Of a stretch of DNA of 64,000 bases, positions 14,701 to 29,340 are shown piece by piece. The notes below the pieces were generated by a model. It searched no databases. It was not told where the DNA came from and worked only from the letters and a program-made list of their open reading frames with translations. The DNA comes from Chlorokybus atmophyticus (taxonomy: Eukaryota; Plantae; Mesostigma and Chlorokybus algae). The position numbers and the translations under genes are program-made. The stretch lies in the NCBI GenBank assembly GCA_009103225.1, contig RHPI01003330.1:256472-320471 (forward strand), in the 5' to 3' direction. How positions within the stretch are numbered: position 1 is the first letter of the stretch; the number at the start of each line of letters is the position of its first letter.

Positions 14701-17700
14701 TACCAAGTCATCGCAGCAACTAGCTGAGTCGTTGAAGCAGCTGGTTTCCCTCTTGACACATTGGAAACCCCATAAGATTCTATGCAGGGCAGCATTTGCG
14801 AAAGCAGGACTTGACCATCTTCGATGAAGCGCTGGACAGTGTTGTCAAGGCTTATCAGCAGGATATGGCAGAAGCTGCCCTGACCACAAAGGTATGCCTA
14901 ACATCGCTGCAGTCTAGCATGTACAGTAACTAGTTATGCTCCCCTAGTATGACTAAGTCCGGTGTTGGCACAGAATGTTGTTGCTGTATGTGCAATGTAC
15001 ATATCCGTGTTTCAGCCTACCACTCAACAACAATGTCAAACCTGCTGCACACTAACAGGAGGTCATCAAGTTGGCGAAGATACTCATCCGCACCAAGATC
15101 ACCAATATGCGGGGGAGCAGAGTTGTCACGCGCGAGACACTGTGCATGCCAGCCACAAGAGCAGCAGGAAGCAGGAAGCGGCACAAAGCAACGCAAGAAC
15201 AGGAGACACCGGGTGTCCCTTTGTCTCCAGCTGCAACGCCGAGCAACTTGCGCCAACTTGCCAGGGCAAAGGCCAAGGGCACGCCTCCAGCAGCCGTGTC
15301 ATCTGCCAAAGTTGCAATTGAATCCGCGAGCAGCATATTTGGAAAAGTGGCCAAGGGCAAAGGGAAAAGCAGACGCGAAAGTGAAAGTGAACCGGCAGAA
15401 CGCATTGATACGCAGGCATCATCCTTGAGCAGCATCCCTGAAAAAGTAGCCAAGGTCACAGGGAAGGTCAAAGGCAAACGTCGAAGTGCAACGGCAGAAG
15501 GCATCACCGCGCAGGCAAATGCTGCCGCCATTATACAAGCAACAGATGTGATTACGATTAGTTCTCCGGATGCAATAGGTAAGGGTCGCAAAAATCGCGC
15601 TCCGGCATCTGCCAATCGTGAAGTACAACAACAGAAGGCCAGCGAAGATGTGGACCCTATGGCAATGACCACTTGTAGAGACAGCACTGCGTGTGATGCA
15701 GCGCTGAGAGCTCCCGAAATCAAAGTCAAGGTGCTGGTGAGCGCAATGTGTTTCTTACAGTGATGCACATGTTCTGCAGTATGCTGTGCAATGATCTCAC
15801 TCAGTGTCATACAGCAAGGCTGCAAGACCAAGAAACGAATGGGAGGACAGCAGGCACTGGTTCACAGTGCAGAAGACATGCTTGAGAGGACCGCTAAGTT
15901 TGCTGCAGTCCGTGATCTGCTGACGCCCATGTCTCTGGACTGGTCTCCTGTTGTATCAGCTCCGATGCGGGAAAACCACGATCAGCTCCTTAACGCACCA
16001 ACATCAAACCCGTTCGTGCTGCTGGCGGTGGGTACCAGGGCAGGCACCGTGGTATTGTGGCGGATGCAGCTTCTGGAGCAATACACATTGCAAGGTGGAG
16101 GCAAGGTGTCCGGACCTTCTCCTTTCACTTCAGCGGGGTCGTTTGCTGCGCACACCTCTTGGACATCTGCACTGTGTTGGGTTTCTGAGCAAAGGGGAGT
16201 ATCTCCAACACATCAGCAGAAGCAGGATGCATTGCTGTTGGTGTCCGCGAGTGCAACAGGGGCCGTGCGGTTGTGGGCTGTCAATGCCAGTGCAGCTGCC
16301 ACGGCAGATGCACGAGCGTCGGGAGCTTCAGCCGTAAGCGTTGATCTGCTACTTGAGCTCTGCCCTGCGGACGACATGAACATCAGTGTACTCACTGCAG
16401 GTGAGCCCTTGATCTGCAGTTGTCTGTCTGTGCGCACACGTATACACTGCCAACAGGTTGTTTGTGCATTGCTGCAGTGCAATCAGAGCATGAAATTCTT
16501 GTGGCTGCGGACAAGGGCCCGGGAAATGTGGTCACATGGCGGCTGGGCATGGATGACAGCGGGTGTGTTCAGCCGCTGGCGATGCGGCAACGTGCGCTCC
16601 ACAGCTTGCATGTCACGGGATTAGCGTTCTCTTCCGACGGATCCGTATTGTACAGTACTTCCAGGGTGGGTAACAACTTCAGCACAGTTATGTTAGCTTC
16701 ATACCAGCAACCTTATCACTGACTTCTCCGTTACAGGAGGGGACGAGGTATGCTTGGAACATGGATGACGATTGCGTGGTACCGCTGAATGATGTGCTGG
16801 TCAACATACCGTTGCCCTTGATCGTCCCGGTCCTGCAAACAACAGTATGTGTTGTTGTAGTTGCAATCCCGCATCATAAGCTCTTCCAATGTATAAGACA
16901 TGTATTTGACACAGATTGCTGTCAACACAGGTATCTGCAACCAGCAGCAGCCCCACCTGGGGCCTAGCCCTATCTCCTCAGCACCAATTCATTGTGACAG
17001 TCATGCACATCCCGAGGACGTGCCTCACACAGCTACAGCGCAGGGTCTGTCATTCCTTGGTGCAACTACACGGCGTGTCTATTGCATCCATCAACAAGCC
17101 ACTCGATTTGTCTTCAAGCGCGGAGCGAGCATTGCATCTGCTCACAGCCGTGGCAGCAGACCCGACACACTCCCCATTGTCAGATGTTGTAGCCTTTCTG
17201 GCAGGCATGTCTGCAAAGCAAGCGCGCCAGCTCGTGTGTGCGCTTGAAGAACCATACGTTCCTATATGCGAGGCGCAACTGCAGGGGGGAGGAGGAGAGG
17301 GGTCAACTGCAGAAGTTGCCCAAGCTTGGCGGGCTGTACAGGTCGCCAACACCCTGCGCAGGCACTTTGCCTCCCAATGGATAGATGATGACGATGATAA
17401 TAAGGATCTCGCCATGGTGGATAGTGCTGGTGTGATGGCATCGGTGGCACGCAACGAGCACCTTGTCCGCCAGTGGCTTGCAGGTTGGCGCATGCGGGCG
17501 TATTTGCAGCAGGAGCAAAAAGAAGACAGCAGTATGAGAGATGCTATGCTGGCTGCAGCAAACTGGGTGGACACGAGCTTGGCTCCTGTCGCGACCCCCG
17601 TTCGCGCATTGGCTGTTGAGGTTCAGAGCAAGAAGTCACAACGGTGAGTGCAACATGACCTTCCATTTGCATCCGATCATAGCAAATCGTATTGGTGATG

Positions 17701-18145
17701 ACAGCTTGGGCCGTCTTTGTTGCGTGTTGCCCAAAAACTTATATGCAAAGCATACAGCTTATGCAACATGCGTGAAAATCTCGGCCAATTTGTGTGTTCG
17801 CTGGACAGGTGCGATGGATCCGCCTGCTGGAGAGATACGTGTCCACTCTGCAAGTCGACTATGACCAAAGGCCAAGACGACCCGCAAGCTGATCAGGCAG
17901 ATGTGCTGCAGTGCACCTCCGGCGCGCCGTCGCACCGCGTGTCTCGATGCATGGCCTGCTTCAAAGCGTGCTTCAGCCCGATCCTGTGGCGCTGCAGCTG
18001 CTGTGAAAGGCGCTCATGCATCGCGCCGCCCTCGCCCGCGCTACCGCTGGGTTGGCGCGGCGCCGCGCCTCCTTGCTGTCCCTTTTGTGGCATCCTGCTC
18101 AGCCAGCGGCTACCGCAGTCCATGCTGGCGCCCTCGCTCATGTGA
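11709..18145 (+). CDS. GTF3C4: General transcription factor IIIC subunit 4 (TFIIIC delta/Tfc8)-like, with a large internal insertion
   Basis: N-terminal AVRWSQDNLLLVTAG (TFIIIC_delta-like). WD-like repeats SLDWSP...LLAVGTRAGTVVLW and VTGLAFSSDGSVLYST. C-terminal Cys cluster CPLCK...RCMACF...WRCSCC...CPFCG (zf-TFIIIC-like). An alternative upstream ATG exists at 11673. Confidence 0.75.
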
Positions 18146-18705
18146 CAGGTGATGAGGGCTGATGATCTAGCGCAAGGCACTTACATGCAGGTGTCTGTTT
18201 CATGCGAGCGTTGGAGTGTGGTTGAGCCAGAAACAACCATCGCTGCGTGGTTATTCACGGTGAAGGGGTCAACCGGACAGTTGACAAAGTGTATAAGTAC
18301 TACGTCAGCTTCGAATTGGCAAATGTAAATGTAGCTTGCTTTTATTGGCTGTCCTTCATGAACCAAGTAAGCGAGGCCACTGAGTTTTGGTATGTTAATT
18401 ATTCTCCCAAGTAACTTGCAAGCAAGAATTGCGCCAGCACAGGGTGGGCCACTGCTCAGATTTCCACACATGCTGGTCAGCAACGTGCAACCAGGTGTGC
18501 ATGCCCGCACTCCCCATTAAGCTGTCTCCTGAATACCTTCGCAAAATGTCAAGCAACACACAACATTCGTCTTTGCATCGCAGACTTGAATAAATCATTA
18601 GACCACAACACCACAAGTGTTGCAGTTACACAACAATGAAACAATGAATCATCTACAGCGAGCTTAATGCGTTGACATCCACTACTACAGACGCGACAAG
18701 ATGCA

Positions 18706-19589
18706 TTAGGCGGCATATCCCAACATCATGCCCACTAGCAAGGTCACAGCAGGCCACCAGCCCAAGTGCAGTGTGAGGCCGTGCTGGGCCGTGCCAGCAT
18801 TTGGTGACGGTGACACGGTCGCGGGCGTGCTTGATGTTGGCGAGGGCGATGATGACGCGGGAGGAGGAGGACTCACACTTGGGACCACGGAGCCTGTAGC
18901 GAGTGTCGTGACTGTGAACCGCATCCCGAGCAAACAGTGCTCCGGGATGTTCACATTGCACATGAAGCCGTATGTGGTACCTGCAAGTAGTTACATGAGT
19001 CGCGCGCGCCACGAAAGAGCGCACACACGTGCATAATAACCATACCATTGCTTGCGAGCGTGTAGCGAAGCCCATTGCCGCCTCCCTGTGTGTTGTTTCC
19101 CAGCTCCGCCGCGCCAGCAAATTCGCATGCACTTGCCTGCTGCGGGCCCCTCGCCAGCCAGACCGTGTGCTCCGAGGTGTACCTGAACACTTGTGAGACC
19201 AACAAACAGCAACTCAGAAAACGTTTTGGCCAGGACACACTCATGAGTCTTACACCCATTTCTTTTGCAAATATGCATGCATGCCAAACATGTGGTATAC
19301 ATTGTGTATGCTGTTTTGCATGAAAAATGTGGTACACATTGTTTATGCTGTTTTGCATAAACACTGCGTCCCCCACGCACAGAGAGCATAGAATGCGCCA
19401 ATCAAGCAGGAAATGCCAGCAGATCAGGCATGCAGAGTTGTCTCTTCTACAAGTCGCATGCATACCCAGAGCGTCGCCCGCCACCAGCCTCGTAAAATTG
19501 GCGTTCGCATAGGCCTGGTAGTCCAAGTTCTGCGGAATCGCCCAACCCCTGTCGCCCCCAACTACACAACAGAAACAGTGTGTGTGTGT

Positions 19590-19650
<61 letters not shown>

Positions 19651-19909
19651 GCACGCATGCGAGTGACAGCAAGCTTGCGACTTCTGGTACGACCGGGCTT
19701 TCCAATCACAACCGATACTCGCATTCGCACTAATGACTGAACAGGACAAGACTGCTCTCAGCGACGCAACCACTCTTCTCACCGACATAGTCAGCAGCGC
19801 TCGCCGGTTTGGCGCTCAGGCAGCACCACAGCAGCGCATAAAAGCCCGCAGCTGTCACTACCGACATGCATGCTGGCTGAGCGCCCATCCTCCCTGACCT
19901 CCTCCCCAT
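18706..19909 (-). CDS. Phytocyanin (plastocyanin-like blue copper protein) with Ser/Pro-rich linker and putative GPI signal; 4 exons
   Basis: Signal peptide ending SAADYV spliced to VGGDRGW...AGDAL, then VFRYTSEHTVW, then FMCNVNIPEHCLLGMRFTV. The H/C/H/M copper ligands are present, followed by an SP-rich stretch and a hydrophobic tail. Junction phases checked by hand. Confidence 0.85.
19578..19649. repeat. (GT)n(GA)n compound microsatellite in intron 1 of phytocyanin 1
   Basis: Directly visible. Confidence 0.95.
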
Positions 19910-20455
19910 GGCCGCCGCCGCCGCCGCCGCGAGCTGCTGTATTTGGCAACGCAAACACAGACTTCTGTACGCAGCCTGGGTTTTGAACTCGTCTCGGGAC
20001 CTGTCCCGGGACGAGTCTAAAACCCAATGCTGTGTACAACGGCGTTGACAGGCTGCTGTGCAAAAGGACGTGCCGTGCCCGGGACAGCAACAACGTCAAC
20101 CAGCGTATTGCAATTGCTGCTTTCCACAAATCAGCACCTGCTCCAAGTATCTCTCAAACACACCGTCGTGATGGCACGGCGTCATCGGGATTGCTCATGC
20201 ACAATGCCGCGGGATACGCAACGTATCTCGTGCTTCAATGCAGGCGTGTTTGGCTTTCATCTTCGCCTTTCAACTTTCGCGCCTAATTGGCACGCAGGCG
20301 GCCAAACCAAATGGCGAACTCCACTCACACTGACACTGCCAGTGTCGTCTTCTGAGACGTCGTTGTTGTTGTTGAAGTTGGTGTTGTGGGTGGCGGCGGC
20401 AGCTGGGACGTTCTTGACGGCGCTTGCGGGAGTAGCAGGAGTGGGAGGGTGCACA

Positions 20456-21585
20456 ATGGCGGTAGCGGTGTTGCGGCTCGACGGCAAGCAAGTGGCCCTC
20501 GGGCTGACTTGCATGCTCCTGCTGGTGGCTAGCGCCGCAGCCAAGGACATTCTAGGTGAGCCGCAGGCAGAGCTTCCCGTTCAAAGCGTCAGAGACAGCT
20601 GTTCAGCATGCCAACTTACTTGACTGAGACGTTTTGTGGTGGTCTTCTTCTGTTGTGTGCAAGTGAGCTGTCAACACCTGACATTGATGAGCATGTGTGT
20701 CTATGTGCAGTCGGCGGAAGCAACGGCTGGACTCTTATAGGTATCGATGCGAACACTTACCAGTCGCAGATGGACACCGCCGGCGCTCAAGTGGGCGACG
20801 TGCTCGGTGAGGCTGTGTTTGGGGTACATTGCCTTGTCTTCCTCAATTGGCACGCTTGTCTGCCGCTGAGTCCGGCTTAACATGCATTTGCTGCTTGAGG
20901 CTGAGGCAGCACTTGGTTGTATGAGTAGTGTCATTCCTGCTGGCGTGTTGTAACTCGCCAATGAAGATAGTATCTAAGCTGCTTTTGTATGCGTGCGTGT
21001 GTGCTTGTGCGTTGCAGTGTTCAGCCACAGCGGCTCACACACCGTCATGTCGCTCCCGAGCCAAAGTGCACTGCTGGCATGCGATACCTCTCAAGGGCAG
21101 ATACGGAGCCCCGCCGCCGACGCTATTGGCACCAGCGCTTACAACTTCACCCTCTCTGGCTTGCGTACGTACAGGCCTGCAGCATCAACCATGTGTTGGT
21201 GCTCTGTATGTTTGTTGGCTGTGAAACAACACTCACAAGCTTCTTCATGCCAGCGGGCACGACGTTCTTCTTCATCTGCAGCATCAGCACCCACTGCCCC
21301 AGTGGCATGCGATTCAACGTGACAGTGTCAGCAGTAGGGGCTCCAGCTCCAGCGCCAGCGCCAGCTCCATTGCCAGCTGGTAGCCCGACGCCAGCCAGCT
21401 CCCCGACAACAACACCGGCCCCCTCGCCTGCCGGCACTCCACTCGCATCACCACCGCCTGCCACACCCACGCCCGCCTCCTCGCCTACACCCGCCCCCGC
21501 ACCCAACGGCGCGTCCATCAGCGCGCGTGGCACAAGTGTGGCGGGTGTCGTCGCTCTGGTTGCCGCGTTCATTCTGGGCGCTTGA
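20456..21585 (+). CDS. Phytocyanin with Pro/Ala/Thr-rich (AGP-like) linker and putative GPI signal; 4 exons
   Basis: Signal peptide ...AAAKDIL spliced to VGGSNGW...QVGDVL, then VFSHSGSHTV, then FFICSISTHCPSGMRFNVTV (H/C/H/M ligands). APAPAP/SPTP repeats and a hydrophobic C-terminal tail VAGVVALVAAFILGA follow. Confidence 0.88.
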
Positions 21586-23747
21586 TAAGGACAAGAGTAT
21601 GGCAGTCGGGCGCAGCGTGTGGCGCAGTTGTCCAAGTGTTGTGTACAGCCATAAAGCAAGCTAGAGACAAGTACCACTGAGCTCAGCATGAGCTTGAGCT
21701 CAGCAGGATAGTTGTTACAGGCTGCCAGTTGTACTAGTCGCAAACGAGTAGTTTGCGTTCGTGCCCTTTCTGCATCTTCCGGCTTACTGCCCACCCACTC
21801 TTCCATGGCACTAGCTAGAGCATAGACCTTTAGCTATGAAAACCCTTATACCAGCTTACTTGACTGTTTGAGTGCACTGGTTGCCGGTGTGATGTACAAG
21901 TATGCCTGCGTCTTCCGCCCATGTTTGTCCGGTGTACTGGGTAGGCAGCTACGCATGCTGTTACTGCTGCTGCCATTACACGTTCCATACTTGTGGCGCT
22001 ACTATCCTGTTGAGCACTGCTGTGATCCCACCGTGGTCAAGGGTTCCCTTTGCTCTGCAGCAAGAGGGTCCATCATTTGGCGGGGTGACCTGTCAAATGC
22101 CTGGCTTGCAATGAAATTGCAATCCAACACTAATCCGGACCATGAAGTCCAATATTGGGCTGTTGCGAATGTTTTGTGCGCGGCTCAAGCTGTCGGCAGT
22201 ACTCTTTGTTATGTTCATAGTATTGCAATTTCGGCAATGTTTCAATGCGCTAGCGGCTCCATTATGCAAGCTAGTGCTGTCGCAACATACACTCGTGGTG
22301 CACACAAAATGCCAAATGGAATTGCCCATGCACAGTACATCATCACCACTTGCATCTATTTTGCTTACATGTAGCAACCAGCAACATGCCAGGCAGCAAC
22401 TTCCATCAATACACAGGCTTTCCAGTGGTATGCAAGTGTACTAGCTAGCATGCAGCACGCCAACACCAGTCGAACCACACCGCACACACACACAACAAGT
22501 AGACAGCAACTTTTCAAGGCAATGGCAAGGCTGTTGTGCTAGTAACTAAGTGCATGAGCGGGGCGAGGGCGAGGGTGCAGCAAGCAGTGCAGTAGTAAGC
22601 AACTTAGCCGACCTGAGCAAAAGGTGACCATGTAACTCGCCGCAGCGAGCAAAGCGGCAGACCGGTGCGCGAGAGCTTAGCCAAGCACAGCACTGCACAG
22701 CATTGCGCCTGCCCTACTTGTGTTAGACCGCTGGGCTCACTTGTACTATGCATGGGCAATTGCACTCCGCACTGTTTGTACTTGCCCCTACTGCTGTGCC
22801 CTCCCCTCCCACGCCCCTGCAACCTGCTACTGCTTAATGCACACTCTTTACTATAAACGTCACTGTGCATGGGCAATTGTATTCCAATGTTCGTACACGC
22901 AGTGCAGACTAGTCCACGGAGTTTTAATGATGTTGTCTCTATCTGGTCGACTGGTGATCTATGTGTACAGGATATATATGACGTGCTGTTGTGCACACGC
23001 ATGCAATATGCACATCACTCAAGCATTTCACTCACACTAGTACACATCACCGATGTTACCACCGGGGTATGCTACTTCGCTACTCTACACCAACTAGCCT
23101 TCCCCGTTAGACATGCATGCACATGCACACTAATGTCATTACCTGCCCACATGAGCTGCTGTTAGTCGGTGGTGTCAACGGCAAGCAAGTCCACAGCACA
23201 CACGACGACTACCGCCCTCCGGCTCTCCCTCTCTCCCGCCACTCTCTTCGCTTTGCAGCTCATGCTTCTTCCTTGGCCGCTACTCTAACCCAATGCTTGC
23301 GGTGCAGTGCCAATGTCACAACTGCACCGCGTAGTGCAGGTGTGCTTATGTGCTGGGTGAGTCCGCTGCATGCAATGTTATAGCATGTACACACTGAAGC
23401 CACATCCCATAATCCTTGCCTATCACAGCAGCTTGCACCCATAGCATGACACAGTGGCCATCTGTGCTACACACAATCCACAACTACAACCAATGCAGCT
23501 CAATACAGTCCGTTGCAGTTCCACTCAAACAGGACATCCATAAGGTGCAGACTTAAGTGGCAAACTACAAATGGCAATGCAATCAATCTCATGGTGCAAA
23601 CCTGACAGTATCCACAGCTACAAGACTAGAGGCACTCGACAACCCCAGTGCTAACAGCAGCGAGCAAGGCCGAAGAATGTTGTCGGACCAAAATTCGACC
23701 TGTACAACTTGGCCTAGGCCTTATTCTTCGTGCCACCCCTCAGCTCC

Positions 23748-27264
<3,517 letters not shown>

Positions 27265-28865
27265 GGCGACGACGCTTCCTCCCCAGGGCAAACCCTCAGC
27301 TACTCCGTCAACCTCGACGATGGCGATGTCCCCTTCTCTACACACGCTCGCCGCCTCCCTGTCGAACGCCGACGATGCCGACGATGCCGCTGCCGGCGGT
27401 CACAAGGCTGAGGAGAAGCACAGTAACTACCTGGCGGAGTTGCCTTCCGCTTATGAATCAGCTTACCAATTACGCCTCTGTACTCTGATATCTAGGATCC
27501 TGTAATGCCTTTTGACTTTATCACGAAACCTTGACACGTCGCAGCGGTTTGGAGTTTGCTGAAACGGAAGGCAATGTCTAACCCTAATCAGCGGCAAGCC
27601 GCGGGGCTGAGTCCTCGTTAACTTAAGTCGACCAAACCGGCAAACGTTTCCGGGGCTGTGGGCCTCTAGAAGGTTCTGAGTCCCAGACAGAGACACAGGA
27701 TTAGGGTCTGGCGTCGTGAGCGGCGGCGTCGATGGGGGGATTGGGCGCAGAGGCAAAGGCAATGGTGGAGGTGGTAGTTGATCACTGTGCAACTTTTCAA
27801 CACATTCTACGTTAACTTGAGGTCTCAGGGTTACATAAGTTATAGACTGATTGAACACGTGCAACGCCCACGATGTGCACGCTTCACGTTGGGGGGGATT
27901 GGATCGTTCCGTGGTATTGTTTACCATCGCCGCACCCTTTGGATGTCTTTGTGTACCTGTCGACTTCTCTTGTCTTGTCGAATGCTGTGAGAGCTTGCTG
28001 CATGCCTGCGTACACACCAGACGGCATGGCATGAGTGTTAGTGAACTGTGCAGCCTGCACCTTCTCCCCAACATTGGCTGCTGTGTGTCGACGCTGCTAA
28101 AAACGTCACCGTGCATGCGTGTGCTGTTTACCGTCTGGTTGTCTCGGTGCTTGGCATGCAAGCAGGTTGTCCCCCTCCTGCTGTTGCCTGCACTGTACAC
28201 TCCCACCCATCCCCTGCTGCACGCACTTGCATTGCACGTAGGTTAGTGGGTGATAGGTAGAGTGTGTAAGCTATTCCCCCTGGTCAAATCTGATCCCGGT
28301 GTCTATGTGCTTGTGCATGTTGCTACATGTGTAGTGTTGTGCTTTGTGCGTTAGCTAGCACAATTGTATGTCTCTCATGCCGTATGTATAGTGCAATCAT
28401 TGCACTGCACGCTTGCTCCTGGCCCGTCTCACGTGCAATTTTTGAGTGCTAATGCAAATGCACTTTACTCGCGAAGTGCATTTTTATTAGCACGGGCACA
28501 AGTTGCTGCACAATGTTTGATAATTCTTGATGCAACACGTCAAAGCGAAGTTGATTACTATATTGGTTGCATGATGTCCTCATGCAAAGGCAGTATTATC
28601 TCTTTGGCAATAAAAGTATTAGAGTCGGCTAGAAGTGAATAGATATAAACACTCCGGCATTATGCACAATGTGCTTATTGTCATTTGCATGAAACTTAAT
28701 AGAAGCAGCGCTCTTGGTTTATATCATACAACAAGTCTAATATAATTTATGACAGATTTCAAGCTTCTTGAACATGTCGACATAATAAAATAAGCACAAT
28801 TGCTTTCAGGTTGTTATTATTGTAATGGTAAGCTTGGTGTTAAAAGGTAAAGGTAGTACACAAGG

Positions 28866-29340
28866 GTGGCAAGTATCTTTGATACGAGTCAAATGCGAGT
28901 TGTAGGCACAACCTTTGCATACAGCAGCAGCGCTGGCGAACCGATGATACTAACGGCGTACAATGTTGTAAACGCTCTCACCATTAAGCAAACAACTCGT
29001 CTGCTTCTGCGTTCGCGTGCGCAAGTTTTTGCAAGCACACATTATTGACGGCGTTGGGGACGGTGAGCGTTATATTGCAATCATACAAGCGAATTGCGCA
29101 TGTCATGTCAGCCGCAAGTGGGAGCATCGGCACTTCTGAGCTCGTTGTTGGACATGATGCCATCGCATACGAAATGCGCATGAGTGAAGGTATCATTGAT
29201 CGCATACCATGCTCGTTTGATCACGGAATCATTAATTCGAATATTACCTAATTAATTACCTAATGGGTATTCATTGCAAGAGCTCCAATAAGCTAGTAGC
29301 ATTTGTAAAGCGTTCATGTAGTGAATACTGCCTTGCATAC
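28866..29340 (+). pseudogene. Possible decayed trypsin-like (S1/Trypsin_2) peptidase fragment
   Basis: VVGTTFAY...ILTAYNVV resembles GTxF...LTAxHVV. A frameshift leads to VSVILQ...LVVGHDAIAY..MSEGII and, after a stop and a second frameshift, YLMGIH. No GxSG motif is visible. Confidence 0.3.

Noticed and set aside
14560-14890. ENT- or PAH-like helical domain next to the Agenet domain
   Set aside because: The resemblance is too weak to call by eye.
21868-22444. 168-aa and 100-aa ORFs downstream of phytocyanin 2
   Set aside because: No recognisable motifs, weak start codons, and overlap with the repeat-like interval.
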